NCBI GenBank assembly: GCA_965207065.1
Contig: OZ242260.1
Span: 3,008,001-3,072,000, forward strand
DNA: 64,000 nucleotides
DNA from: a bacterium
GTDB lineage: Bacteria; UBA8248
Direction of reading: 5' to 3'
Positions within the stretch are counted from its first letter, which is position 1; each line of letters starts with the position of its first letter. Below the pieces are notes generated by a model. It was given only the letters and a program-made list of their open reading frames with translations, did no database searches and was not told the DNA's origin. The translations under genes were made by a program, and so were the position numbers. Below are positions 27,231 through 37,690 of this stretch, in pieces.

Positions 27231-28058
27231 CTATTTCTTTCTCGCCATTTGAATCATACGGGCAAGCTGAGCCGAACTGAGCGCGCCCGGGAAGAGTTGT
27301 TCTCCCACTACGAAGGCTGGTGTGCCGCGTATACCTAGCGAGCGCGCCAGAGCGCGGGTTTTGCCTATCTGGGCCTGGATGCCTGGCGCTTGCATGTCCT
27401 TTTTCAGGCGAGCCGTGTCGATGCCCACCGCTGTGGCGATTTTCATGATGCTCGCTTCGTCATAGGAAATTTTAGCCTTCATGAGAGCCTTGTGAAAAAC
27501 TATATATTTACCCTGTGCGCGTGAGGCGAGCGCCGCCCGGGCCGCCAATACGGAATTAGGTCCCAGGACAGGGAATTCCTTGTAGACGATGCGGATTTTG
27601 TTATCTTTTGCGAGCGCTTCATTTACGACTGGGGCCACACGTTTGCAAAACCCGCATCGGTAATCAAAAAACTCCACAATCGTCACATCTCCGTTGGGGT
27701 TCCCGCCAACGGGGTCATCGGGGTCCTCATAGATTTGTTTCCTGTTTCTCAGGATAGAGGTTTGGGCCGCAGCCAGGCGCTTTGCTTCTCGCTTTGTTCT
27801 TAAAGCCCTGATGGCCTCCTCAAGCACTTCAGGGTTTTCAATTAGATATTCTCGGATGATTTTCTCGATTTGCCTTTTGTCGATGCTTTGCGCCATGAGG
27901 GTGGGGGCGGGCGCTGCTTTTGGTTTGGCTTCGTTCGATGCGAGTGCTATTGCGGAGAGTTTCTCATTTTTGCTATTCGCGGATGAAAGCAGGAAAACGA
28001 CGGAGAAGAGTATTCCGCCGGCAAGCAATAGGGCGGTAAAGCCCGTTTTTTTCGACAT
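27231..28058 (-). CDS. DsbA/Com1/ScsC-like periplasmic thiol-disulfide oxidoreductase
   Basis: Signal peptide; YLIENPE, EFFDYRCGFC, KEFPVLG, GTPAF motifs. Confidence 0.92.
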   Translation of the reverse strand: MSKKTGFTALLLAGGILFSVVFLLSSANSKNEKLSAIALASNEAKPKAAPAPTLMAQSIDKRQIEKIIREYLIENPEVLEEAIRALRTKREAKRLAAAQTSILRNRKQIYEDPDDPVGGNPNGDVTIVEFFDYRCGFCKRVAPVVNEALAKDNKIRIVYKEFPVLGPNSVLAARAALASRAQGKYIVFHKALMKAKISYDEASIMKIATAVGIDTARLKKDMQAPGIQAQIGKTRALARSLGIRGTPAFVVGEQLFPGALSSAQLARMIQMARKK

Positions 28059-28202
28059 TCGAATGTCCTTTCATTCAGGTAAAGCGACTGAAGTACAAAC
28101 ATGGACCCGCACGCGCGAACCGCGCCCGCGCATGTTATGATGCCGCACCATTTTAGGCAAACGAATTAATTCTGCTCTGCATACGTTCTTGGAGGGATAG
28201 GA

Positions 28203-28712
28203 ATGGGTTGTAATGTCGCACGGCTTGGTCACATGGGAATCCACGTGAGTGATGTTGAACGCTCCATCAAGTTCTATCGTGAGGTGGTGGGGTTGAAGCT
28301 GACTGGCAAATGGGGTCCTCCGGATTTCTTTCGCCCGATCTGTTTCATGCGCTGCGCGGAGAAACACCACACCCTGGTTCTATTTGAGTTGCCAGATGAC
28401 GCCGTGAAAGCCGGGTTGACGAAGACCGACTCCGAGCATCGAACGGATGTCGGATTACACCATATCGCTTTTGAGGTTGATGACCGAGAAAATTGGCTTC
28501 TCGCTCAGGAACACGTGAAATCCTGTGGCGTGGAGTTTGTCTCGGGTCCCTATGTTCATGCGCATGAAGGGTTGGATGAGAACGGGTTTATCGGCGGTAG
28601 CGGGAGCCATGCTTTCTACTTTTTAGACCCTGACGGCAATCGGATAGAAATTTATTGCTGGATGATGCATGTCACCAAGCCGAGCGTTTCCGCTCCCAAC
28701 CCCGATCTTTAG
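28203..28712 (+). CDS. VOC (glyoxalase/extradiol dioxygenase) family protein
   Basis: RLGHMGI, HHTL, GLHHIAF, YFLDPDGNRIE motifs. Confidence 0.9.
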   Translation: MGCNVARLGHMGIHVSDVERSIKFYREVVGLKLTGKWGPPDFFRPICFMRCAEKHHTLVLFELPDDAVKAGLTKTDSEHRTDVGLHHIAFEVDDRENWLLAQEHVKSCGVEFVSGPYVHAHEGLDENGFIGGSGSHAFYFLDPDGNRIEIYCWMMHVTKPSVSAPNPDL

Positions 28713-28734
28713 AAACGGAAAGGTTTTTTCGCAC

Positions 28735-29787
28735 ATGAGTCAAGATAAAGAGCGCATCGTCAACGCAGACGCTCTGCGCGATTTGATGGAGCGCATCCTG
28801 ACGGCCGCGGGGTGTTCGCACGAGCAATCGATGGCGACGGCCGACGTATTGATAGAAGCCGACCTCAGGGGGTATTCCACCCACGGCCTCATTCGCCTGC
28901 CGAACATGATCCGGAGAATCCAGAGCGGGATGATTAACGCCAATGCCAGACCCCACGTCGTGCACGAGCGGGAGGGGTCCGCGCTGGTGGAAGGCGACCG
29001 CGCAATGGGACCCGTGGGCGCAACCTATGGCGCGAGCATTGCTGCCAGAAAGGCGGAAAAGGCCGGTTCCTGCGCCGTGGGTGTCGTGAACAGCGACCAT
29101 ATCTGCATGACGGGCTATTACGCTGAACGCATCGCCCGGGCCGGCTGCGTGGGGATTGTCGCCGGCGTCACGCAGCCGCTCGTGCATCCATTCGGGGGCG
29201 TGGAGCGCCTTATGGGCACGAACCCTTTTTCAATAGCCGTTCCAAAGGGCGGGGACGAGCCCGTACTCCTCGACTTTGCGACGAGCGCCATTCCTTACGG
29301 GATGATCTTGAAGGCGAGCGTCACGGGAGAGCCTATTCCGGAAGGCGTGGCGGTAGGGCCGGATGGAGAACCGACGACGGATGCCAAAACGGCCGCCTCG
29401 GGTGCGGTTGCGCCTTTCGGGGGGCACAAAGGCTATGGCCTTTGCCTGTTGATCGGTCTTCTGGCGGGGCCATTGCTCGGAGCCAAGGTCGGCAAGCCTC
29501 TCAGCCAGTCGGTGCAAGAGGGACATTACGACAAGGGGGATTTGTTCATTGCCATCGACCCCTCCGCATTTGGGGATCCGAAAGTGTTCAGGGAGATGGT
29601 CGATTTCCATGTCGCCGAGGTCAAGAACACACGCAAGGCTCCTGGCGTCGAGGAGATTCGCGTGCCGGGGGAACGCAGCTTCAGGGAAAAGGAAAGAAGG
29701 CTGCGGGAAGGAATCCCGGTGGATGATGGCGTGTGGAAGCAGGTGGGGCAGATCTCCGACGAGCTCAAAGTGGCGATGCCCGTCTGA
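28735..29787 (+). CDS. Ldh_2 family (malate/L-lactate/sulfolactate-type) dehydrogenase
   Basis: ADLRGYSTHG, GTNPFS, DFATS, GGHKGYGL, RVPGE motifs. Confidence 0.92.
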   Translation: MSQDKERIVNADALRDLMERILTAAGCSHEQSMATADVLIEADLRGYSTHGLIRLPNMIRRIQSGMINANARPHVVHEREGSALVEGDRAMGPVGATYGASIAARKAEKAGSCAVGVVNSDHICMTGYYAERIARAGCVGIVAGVTQPLVHPFGGVERLMGTNPFSIAVPKGGDEPVLLDFATSAIPYGMILKASVTGEPIPEGVAVGPDGEPTTDAKTAASGAVAPFGGHKGYGLCLLIGLLAGPLLGAKVGKPLSQSVQEGHYDKGDLFIAIDPSAFGDPKVFREMVDFHVAEVKNTRKAPGVEEIRVPGERSFREKERRLREGIPVDDGVWKQVGQISDELKVAMPV

Positions 29788-29942
29788 TGCCGATGCGAAT
29801 TACATGCTCCTGATGGCTCGCCTCAGTTGCGCTTCGTTTTATACCGAGGGCTGGTGTCTCCCGAAGAGATTTTTCATCGCCCGCGCTTGTGAGCGGGGGG
29901 CCTGGCGTCTCACGTCTCCGAGTGTGAGGGCGGAATTTTGTA

Positions 29943-30764
29943 ATGGCTGATTTTTTTGCTCGTGTCGTAACCTGGGTGGAACAAGAAAACCACAGGTTCA
30001 TCAGGATATTGCGAGGCTTGAGCGAGCAAGGGTGGCGCGCGTCCACCTTTTGTCCGGGCTGGTCTGTGGCCGACGTGGTGGCGCACATGACGCTGGGCGC
30101 GCGTTTTTATGCGCACGTTATCCCCGCAGGCGCCGCCGGACGCCTGGAGATGCCATTCGGCGCGGCGGATATGGAATCGTTCTGGTCGTACCGAAAAAAA
30201 GTGGGGGATGAACTCGTTGCGCTCTCGGACGAAGAGTGCATAGACGCTTTTGGCGAATCCGTCTGGGGGCTGCAGGAAGTCTTTGAGGGGGTTCAGCCTG
30301 ATAATCTTGACAAACAAGCCTGGCACTGGCTCGCCCCATGCCCGATTCGTACGTTTCCCGGGCAAAGGCTCTATGAACTGATTCTCCACGACTGGGATAT
30401 TCGGAATCAGCCCGATGGCGATTTGCATGCACCGTCCCTGCCCGTTGCGGTGGATTGTCTCCTCGAGCGTTTCCCCATCTTCTTCGGTGCGCGGGGGGAT
30501 AAGGATTTCAGCGGAACCATCTGCTTTGAAACAAACGAACCCGAACGCAAATGGGCGCTCCGCATCCAAGAGGGGAAATCAGAAATCTTGTTGTCCGATG
30601 ATGGGTATTGCGACGCGCGCGTCGTATGCTGCGGGAGCGACCTGGTTCTGCTCACCACGGGCCGGGCGAGCCTGGAGCATAAGGAAAGAGCGGGTCGCCT
30701 CCGTATCGAGGGCGACAGGGCGAAGGCTACCAGAGTGCTCGAGGTTTTGAGCCGGCCCTTTTGA
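29943..30764 (+). CDS. DinB-superfamily MDMPI-type metalloenzyme with a C-terminal SCP2-like domain
   Basis: CPGWSVADVVAHM, ELILHDWDIR motifs; C-terminal LL.TGR...GRLRIEGD. Confidence 0.82.
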   Translation: MADFFARVVTWVEQENHRFIRILRGLSEQGWRASTFCPGWSVADVVAHMTLGARFYAHVIPAGAAGRLEMPFGAADMESFWSYRKKVGDELVALSDEECIDAFGESVWGLQEVFEGVQPDNLDKQAWHWLAPCPIRTFPGQRLYELILHDWDIRNQPDGDLHAPSLPVAVDCLLERFPIFFGARGDKDFSGTICFETNEPERKWALRIQEGKSEILLSDDGYCDARVVCCGSDLVLLTTGRASLEHKERAGRLRIEGDRAKATRVLEVLSRPF

Positions 30765-30778
30765 CGCCCGCCGCGAGC

Positions 30779-32056
30779 TCAAGAGGTCCCTCGGGGCGTT
30801 TCATAGACGAACAGGCTCATGAAGATGCAGAACAGCAGGCCGATCGCTATCCCGGCGAATGGGATCATGTAGCTTCCCGTATAGTCGAAAATGAAACCCG
30901 CCAGCGGAGGGCCGATGAATCCGCCGAGACCAAAGAAAATTTCGAGCAGTCCGATAGTGGCGCCGAACGAGGGACCCCTGAACGCATCCGCGGACATGGA
31001 GGAGTAGCATACGCTCATTCCCCCGAGGCCCATACCGTAGACGAAAATAAAGACCCAGCCCATCAAGATTTTCGACGACACATGGGGGATGGAGAGCAGT
31101 ATCACTATTCCGCAGACCGTTATGAAAGAGGAGAGTCCCTGTGCGCGCTTCCTGCCGATGAAATCGCTGAGCCAGCCCATGGAAAACGTGGCGAGCATCC
31201 GGATCGCGCCCAGCATTCCGAAGAAAAAAGCCGCCAGAGCCGTGCTGTATTCGGCGTCGACCAGATACAACTGGAGTTGGCTCAATATAGAGTTGTTGTT
31301 CAACCCCATGAAGAAGACGATGATGAGGAGCGTCCAGAAATTTTTCTGCTTGCAAACCTGGCGAAACACTTGAAATAAGGGAGGGCTGTGCAATTTTTCG
31401 CTTGATTTGGTTGCTGAATGGGCGGGAGGTTCGGATTCCCCGTCGATGTATTGGTCCACATCCTCGGGCCCTCTTCGAAGTAATAGCGCCGTAATGGGAA
31501 CGACGATGAAAAGTACGGCAAAGCCGAAAATCAGATAGGTCAGGCGCCAGCCTTTCGTGGAGATCAACCATTCGATGAGCGGTATGAAAAGCAGTATTCC
31601 CGTCCCGCTGCCCGATAGGGCAAGCCCCGTGGCTAGACCCCGTTTTTTCTGAAACCACTGCGGCATGAGAGCGCTGTGCATCGCAAAGCCGCTCAGCGCC
31701 ATCCCGAGACCCACGAACAGGCAGGGAACGAGGTAGACGTGCCAGAGTTCGCTGATGAAATAGGCCAGCGTGAAGCCGACACCGACGAGAACAGACCCCC
31801 AAGGCATGACGGCGCGCGCGCCTTTTTTGTCGAACAAGTTACCCGTGAAGGGACTGACCAACGCGTAGCTGCCCAGCATCAGGGCGTATGCCCCGCCCAG
31901 GGCGCCGCGTCCCCAGCCGAACTCCTGAATCAGGGGAACTTGAAAAATGGAAAAAGAAAAACGCGCCGTTTGATGAAACGCCATGGCAGTGAAGGACGTG
32001 CCGACGATTACCCACCCGTAATAAATCCAGGGGCGGGTGGTTTTTCCTCCTCTCAT
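30779..32056 (-). CDS. MFS transporter
   Basis: About 12 hydrophobic segments; WF.KKRGLATG, GWLSDFIGRK, FDYTGSY motifs. Confidence 0.92.
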   Translation of the reverse strand: MRGGKTTRPWIYYGWVIVGTSFTAMAFHQTARFSFSIFQVPLIQEFGWGRGALGGAYALMLGSYALVSPFTGNLFDKKGARAVMPWGSVLVGVGFTLAYFISELWHVYLVPCLFVGLGMALSGFAMHSALMPQWFQKKRGLATGLALSGSGTGILLFIPLIEWLISTKGWRLTYLIFGFAVLFIVVPITALLLRRGPEDVDQYIDGESEPPAHSATKSSEKLHSPPLFQVFRQVCKQKNFWTLLIIVFFMGLNNNSILSQLQLYLVDAEYSTALAAFFFGMLGAIRMLATFSMGWLSDFIGRKRAQGLSSFITVCGIVILLSIPHVSSKILMGWVFIFVYGMGLGGMSVCYSSMSADAFRGPSFGATIGLLEIFFGLGGFIGPPLAGFIFDYTGSYMIPFAGIAIGLLFCIFMSLFVYETPRGTS

Positions 32057-32062
32057 GGCGGT

Positions 32063-33364
32063 CTATTTCTCGGTGCTGAAGACGAAATGACAGACAAGGA
32101 GCGCAACCGCCTGGAAAATGACCACGATGCAGAAGGGCAGAACATAGCTTCCCGTGTAGTCGAACATGAAGCCCGCCATCGGGGGGCCGATGAATCCCCC
32201 GAGGCCGAAGAAGATTTCCAGCAACCCGATGATGACGCCGAACGAGCGTCCGCCGTAGGCGTCCGCGCACATGGCCGCATAGGACGTCGACATGCCGCCG
32301 ACGCCGAACCCGTAGAAGGCGGCGAACAAAAAGGCGAAGACGACGCCGTTGCCCATATGCGGCACGGAAAGCAAGATGAGGACGCCAAGTCCAGACAGGA
32401 AAAGGGCGATGGCCTGGGCCCTTTTGTGCGATATGCGATCACCTGCCCAACCCATGACCACGCTGCCCAGAATCCGGACGGCGCCCGTGAACCCAAAAAC
32501 GAAAGCGCCGAATGCGGTGCTGAATTTCGCGTCGACGAAGAATATCTGAAGCTGGCTCCAGATGGAGTTGTTGTTCAGGCCGATGACAAAAACAAGGATC
32601 AGCAATGCCCAGAAATTCTTCTCCCGCATTACCTGTCGGAATACTCCTCCTACTTTCTGGGAGTGGGTGGCAGGTGGTTTTGGAAACCCGGCGGCTTCTT
32701 CGTCCGATGCGCCGTCGATGTTCTGCCCGACGTCTGAGGGATGATTTCTGAGCAGGAGCAATTTGAGCGGAAGGATGATGAGAAGTATCGAGGCGCCGAA
32801 AATAAGGTAGGCGTAGCGCCAGCCGAAGTAGGCGATGAGTCTTTCGATGGTGGGCATCAGGATGAATGAGCCGATGCCGATGCCCGAGAGGGCGATGCCC
32901 GCCGCCAGTCCACGATTTCTGAAGAACCACCGCGGCAGAAGCGCGCCGTGCGTTACGAAACCGCTCATCGCGATCCCCACGCCGATCATGACGCCGATGA
33001 ACACATACACATGCCAAAGAGATGAGATGAAAAAGCCCAACATGAGTCCCAGGCCAATCGAGACCGAACCCCACGGGATCAGTGTCCTAGGGCCTTTTCT
33101 TTCGAGGATGGAGCCCGCCTTGGGGCTGCAGATGGCGTAGAGGCTCATGGTTGTGGCGAATGCGCCTCCCAGGGCACCTCTGCTCCAGCCGAATTCCTGA
33201 ATGAGGGGAACCTGAAACAGGGAAAACGAGAAAGTGGCCGACATGTGGAAGGCCATGCTAATGAAAGATACGCCGACGATCACCCATCCGTAGTATAAGC
33301 CGCCTGCTCGCCCGCGCCTTGTGGAACGGCCCGAAGCTGGGATGGAGCCGCCGGATTTGTCCAA
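32063..33364 (-). CDS. MFS transporter, paralog of the adjacent gene
   Basis: Same motifs as 30779..32056; TTG start uncertain. Confidence 0.92.
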   Translation of the reverse strand: MDKSGGSIPASGRSTRRGRAGGLYYGWVIVGVSFISMAFHMSATFSFSLFQVPLIQEFGWSRGALGGAFATTMSLYAICSPKAGSILERKGPRTLIPWGSVSIGLGLMLGFFISSLWHVYVFIGVMIGVGIAMSGFVTHGALLPRWFFRNRGLAAGIALSGIGIGSFILMPTIERLIAYFGWRYAYLIFGASILLIILPLKLLLLRNHPSDVGQNIDGASDEEAAGFPKPPATHSQKVGGVFRQVMREKNFWALLILVFVIGLNNNSIWSQLQIFFVDAKFSTAFGAFVFGFTGAVRILGSVVMGWAGDRISHKRAQAIALFLSGLGVLILLSVPHMGNGVVFAFLFAAFYGFGVGGMSTSYAAMCADAYGGRSFGVIIGLLEIFFGLGGFIGPPMAGFMFDYTGSYVLPFCIVVIFQAVALLVCHFVFSTEK

Positions 33365-33462
33365 GAAGTCACCTTTCTATTCGTTTTTTTCAGTAGCATG
33401 GGTATAATGGTGCTACTCTAATGTGTTTTTGTTCATTCAGGAAGCACCGCGAGGGTTTTGAG

Positions 33463-34908
33463 GTGGATAGCGCTGGATTCATTCAGAAATTAACCGATGT
33501 GGTGGGGGAGGAATTCATCCACACGGATCCGGTAGCGCTCAGGACGTATGATTGCGACGGCCTCACGATTTACAAAGGCATTCCGTCGGCAGTCGTATTG
33601 CCAGAGAGCACTGAGGAAGTCAGCCAGATCGTGGAAACCTGCCGCGATTACCGAGTGCCCCTGATCGCCAGAGGCGCCGGCACAGGCCTCTCTGGAGGAG
33701 CGACGCCCTTGCCGGGCGGCGTGCTCATTGTCTTCACACGGATGAACAAGATTCTGGAACTCGACTATGTGAACCGCCTGGCGCGCGTGCAACCGGGGGT
33801 TGTGAACCTCCATCTCTCCCGCGAAACGCTGCCGCATGGTTTTCATTACGCGCCCGATCCTTCCAGCCAGGCGGCCTGCACCATCGGCGGCAACGCAGCG
33901 GAGAACTCCGGCGGCGCGCATTGCCTGAAATACGGGATGACGACGAACCACATCATGGAGATGACCGTCGTCCTGCCCACGGGCGAGGTGGCGCATCTGG
34001 GCGCCGACGGGGAGGATACGCCGGGTCTGGACCTGCGTGGGTTCTTCATTGGTTCGGAGGGCACTTTCGCGGTCATCACGGAACTAACCGTACGACTCAC
34101 GCCGAACCCAGAGAGCGTGCGCACGATGCTCGCCTGTTTCTCCCAGGTGGGGGATGCCTGCCGCACGGTGAGCGAGGTTATTGCCGCGGGAGCCGTGCCC
34201 GCCGCGATGGAGTTAATGGATCGCTACACTATCGAGGCGGTCGAGACCGTGGTGCAGGCAGGCTATCCCAGGGACGCCGAGGCTGTCTTGCTAATCGAAC
34301 TCGACGGACTGCCGTCTTCCATCGGACCGCTCGAAACCCTTATTCGCGATATCAGCGAGAAGAACAACTGCTCCTCGTTCCGGATCGCGCAGACAGAAGA
34401 AGAGCGAGAGGGGCTGTGGATGGGCCGGAAAAAGGCGTTCGGCGCCTTCGGGGTGATTGCGCCTACCTACTACTGCCTGGACGGCACCGTACCCCGCTCG
34501 AAGCTGGCGCAGGTGCTCGAGGAGTTCGATGAGATCTCCGCGCGCTATAATTTGCGCATCACAAACGTGTTTCATGCCGGCGACGGGAGTCTGCATCCGA
34601 ACGTCTTGTTCGACGATCGGGTGCCAGGAGAGACAGAGCGTGCGATAGAGTGCGGAGCAGAAGTGCTCCGCGCCTGCATTCGCGCCGGGGGCGTTCTCTC
34701 CGGCGAGCACGGCATCGGCATCGAGAAGATCAGGGAGATGAAGGACCAGTTCGATGAACCCACGCTCGAGATTATGGAACGCGTGCGCGACGCCATCGAC
34801 GAGGATGGCCTGATGAACCCCGGTAAACTCATACCTGATGAGGAAAACGTGTTCCCGGTTGCTCTCGGCGGCGCCGTCGCCCGGATGGGCGGCGGGATGA
34901 CGAAGTAG
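33463..34908 (+). CDS. glcD: Glycolate oxidase FAD-linked subunit
   Basis: ARGAGTGLSGG, YAPDPSSQ, GAHCLKYG, FHAGDG, GEHGIG motifs; start GTG 33463 or ATG 33421. Confidence 0.9.
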   Translation: MDSAGFIQKLTDVVGEEFIHTDPVALRTYDCDGLTIYKGIPSAVVLPESTEEVSQIVETCRDYRVPLIARGAGTGLSGGATPLPGGVLIVFTRMNKILELDYVNRLARVQPGVVNLHLSRETLPHGFHYAPDPSSQAACTIGGNAAENSGGAHCLKYGMTTNHIMEMTVVLPTGEVAHLGADGEDTPGLDLRGFFIGSEGTFAVITELTVRLTPNPESVRTMLACFSQVGDACRTVSEVIAAGAVPAAMELMDRYTIEAVETVVQAGYPRDAEAVLLIELDGLPSSIGPLETLIRDISEKNNCSSFRIAQTEEEREGLWMGRKKAFGAFGVIAPTYYCLDGTVPRSKLAQVLEEFDEISARYNLRITNVFHAGDGSLHPNVLFDDRVPGETERAIECGAEVLRACIRAGGVLSGEHGIGIEKIREMKDQFDEPTLEIMERVRDAIDEDGLMNPGKLIPDEENVFPVALGGAVARMGGGMTK

Positions 34909-34914
34909 GAAACC

Positions 34915-36294
34915 ATGGCCCTGAAACTAGATTCGTTCGCTCAATCCATAGAAGCAGATTCAGGCGATTCCGTCTTGTTGTCGGATGAGAGGGCGGAGTC
35001 GTTCAAACTCGGAGGCAAGACACCCTCGGTGGTGGTGAGTCCCGCCGATCATGAAGCCTTATGCCGCGTTCTCGCGCGCGCGAATGAAGCGGGCCTGGCC
35101 GTATTCCCCTGGGGAGGAGGCACGAGTCGTGGAACGGGTTATGCGCCCGAGAAATACGACGTAGCCCTCTCTTTAGAGCGCATGTCGAAGGCGGTGGAGT
35201 TTTTGAAAGACGACCTCACCGCCGTTGTCGAAGCGGGAATGAGCGTCGAGGACCTCGATAAATTAACGAACGCAGAGGGCCAGACGGCGGGTCTCGACCC
35301 CCCAAATCCGGGAGCTGCCACGGTAGGGGGAACCATCATCGCGGATCGCTCGGGCCCCATGCGGGTGCGCTGGGGCAAGGCGCGAGACCGCGTGATGCGC
35401 ATGAAGGTGGCCCTGGCCGACGGCGAGACACACACTTATGGCGCGCTGGTGGTGAAAAACGTTACCGGCTACGACATGAACCGCCTTTTGTCGGGCAGTT
35501 GGGGGACGCTGGCCGTCGTCACCGAGTTGGCGATTCGCCTGTATAAAGCCCCTGAGCACATTGGAGCGCTGGCGGCTTCTTTTCCATCCACAGACACTGC
35601 GTTCAAAGCCGCGAGGGCGCTGATGGCCTCACCTCTTATGCCCGTTTGGGCGGAAGTGTTGGATGATGCACGCATCGCCTCGCTGGCGTCAGACGATGGC
35701 ATCGCCTTGCCCGGCCCCGTGAGCCTTGTGGCTTCTTTCGGGGATTTTGAAGAAGGGCTCAACGATCAGTTGGCCCGCTTCGAGGAAATCCTCAAAACAG
35801 AGAGCGGAGACGATATCTTGCGCCTCGATGATGAGCAAACCGCTCGATTGGGCCCCGCCTTGGCCGATCCGCCGGGAGAGGATTTCTCCGGTCCCGAGAC
35901 GCTCGCTTTCAGGGCCTCGGGCCGTCTCGATCAGCTGCCCCGCTTCGCGGAGGCGACGAGACGAGCCGCCGAGGCGGGGAGTTACGACTTCGCGATTTCG
36001 GCGCACGCGGGAAGCGGCGTGCTGCGCTGCTGGCTTGCGCCCGAGGATGAGGAATCCTCTCCGCTCGAGGCGTGGCGTATCTTCTCTTCACTTTGCAGGG
36101 AGGGGAAGGATGAAAGCCAAGCTCGTTCGATTCACCTGCGCCTGGATTCGGGGCCGAATTTACTTAAAGAACAGGTATCCGTGTGGGGTGAGGACGCGCT
36201 CGAATCCGCGGTGCTGCAGGTAATGCGCAACATCAAGAAAACTTATGACCCGGAAGGAACTTTGAGCCCCGGCCGCTTCGTGGGCCGGCTGTAG
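34915..36294 (+). CDS. glcE: Glycolate oxidase subunit GlcE-like
   Basis: DLTAVVEAG, ATVGG, VVKNVTGYD, GSWGTL, YDP.G.LSPGR motifs; lies between glcD and glcF. Confidence 0.85.
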   Translation: MALKLDSFAQSIEADSGDSVLLSDERAESFKLGGKTPSVVVSPADHEALCRVLARANEAGLAVFPWGGGTSRGTGYAPEKYDVALSLERMSKAVEFLKDDLTAVVEAGMSVEDLDKLTNAEGQTAGLDPPNPGAATVGGTIIADRSGPMRVRWGKARDRVMRMKVALADGETHTYGALVVKNVTGYDMNRLLSGSWGTLAVVTELAIRLYKAPEHIGALAASFPSTDTAFKAARALMASPLMPVWAEVLDDARIASLASDDGIALPGPVSLVASFGDFEEGLNDQLARFEEILKTESGDDILRLDDEQTARLGPALADPPGEDFSGPETLAFRASGRLDQLPRFAEATRRAAEAGSYDFAISAHAGSGVLRCWLAPEDEESSPLEAWRIFSSLCREGKDESQARSIHLRLDSGPNLLKEQVSVWGEDALESAVLQVMRNIKKTYDPEGTLSPGRFVGRL

Positions 36295-36308
36295 GAGGAA
36301 AGCCCTAA

Positions 36309-37664
36309 GTGGCCACGGATCAAAAAGTAGATTTCGCACAGGTTTTTCCTGAATACGAAAACCCCTTCGTCGGACCGGACGCTCCCGACAGGGAGATGAT
36401 TCAGCGTTGCATCCACTGCGGGTTCTGCGGCACGAGTTGCCCCACTTTCACGCTGCTCGGCAACGAGATGGACTCCCCGCGCGGGAGAATCTACCTCATG
36501 CGCATGGTGACGGACGGCGAGATGGCTCCCAACGAGACGGTGATGAAACATCTCGATCGTTGCCTGGACTGCCGCGCCTGTGAGACGGCGTGCCCGTCCG
36601 GCGTGCCTTATGGCTCATTGATAGAAGCGGCGCGCGAAGGACTCGAAAAGATAAGAAAACGTCCCTTGTCGGTGCGGATTTTCAGAAGATTCCTCTTTCG
36701 CTGGCTTTTGCCGAACAGGACGCTGCTCAACCTGGCGGGCGTGGCCACCCGGCTTTATCAGACCACGTTTTTGAAAAGCGTGGTGAGAGGCCTGGGTCTT
36801 TTACCCAGAAAACTGGCCGAACTCGAACCCATGATGCCCCAAGCTCCGCCCGTATCCTCGATGAGGGCTCTCCCCCCCGAAGTTGCGCCCATCGGGGAGG
36901 AAAAATACCGCGTCGCCTTCTTCGGCGGTTGTATTCAATCCACCTTGTTCGGCGACGTGAACCGGGCCGCCATACGCGCGCTGGCGGCCAACGGAGTGCG
37001 CGTGGTGTTTCCCGCTTCGCAGACCTGCTGCGGCGCGCTGCAGGCTCATGCCGGGGACAGGGAGGCGGCGAGAATCCTGGCGCGCGAGAACATAGACGCC
37101 ATAGACGCAGGTGCGTTCGACGCCGTCATCCTGGCCGTCTCCGGCTGTGGAGCCATGCTGCACGAATACAAGGATTTGCTCGCGGGGGATCCCGTCTACG
37201 CGAGCCGCGCCGAGGTGTTCAGCGACAAGGCGATGGACGTCACCGTGTTCCTCTCCAGAATCGGGGTCCGGGAAGCGGCGCACCCTTCGCCCCGGAAAAT
37301 CGCGTATCACCACCCCTGCCATCTGTTTCACGCGCTCAAGGTCCGCAAGGAGCCGCTCGAGGTTCTTTCCGCGATTCGCAATGTCGAGACGGTGCCCCTC
37401 GAGGAGAGCGATTGGTGCTGCGGCTCCGCAGGCAGCTACAATCTCACCCAGACGGAGATTTCCATGCGCCTTCTCGACAGGAAGATGGGGCACGTGAAAG
37501 ATTCTGAAGCCCCCGTGGTCTGCACGGGGAACCCTGGTTGTCAGATTCAAATCGCGTTCGGCGCCCGCGAGCGGGACATGGACCTTCGGGTGGTGCATCC
37601 CGTCGTCCTGCTCGATGAGGCGTATGAGGCGGAAGGCGTGTATCGAAACGCGACGCTTCCATGA
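36309..37664 (+). CDS. glcF: Glycolate oxidase Fe-S subunit
   Basis: CIHCGFC...CPT, SPRGRI, CLDCRACETACPSGV and two CCG motifs. Confidence 0.92.
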   Translation: MATDQKVDFAQVFPEYENPFVGPDAPDREMIQRCIHCGFCGTSCPTFTLLGNEMDSPRGRIYLMRMVTDGEMAPNETVMKHLDRCLDCRACETACPSGVPYGSLIEAAREGLEKIRKRPLSVRIFRRFLFRWLLPNRTLLNLAGVATRLYQTTFLKSVVRGLGLLPRKLAELEPMMPQAPPVSSMRALPPEVAPIGEEKYRVAFFGGCIQSTLFGDVNRAAIRALAANGVRVVFPASQTCCGALQAHAGDREAARILARENIDAIDAGAFDAVILAVSGCGAMLHEYKDLLAGDPVYASRAEVFSDKAMDVTVFLSRIGVREAAHPSPRKIAYHHPCHLFHALKVRKEPLEVLSAIRNVETVPLEESDWCCGSAGSYNLTQTEISMRLLDRKMGHVKDSEAPVVCTGNPGCQIQIAFGARERDMDLRVVHPVVLLDEAYEAEGVYRNATLP

Positions 37665-37690
37665 CCTTATAACCGGCGAGGTGATTGAAG

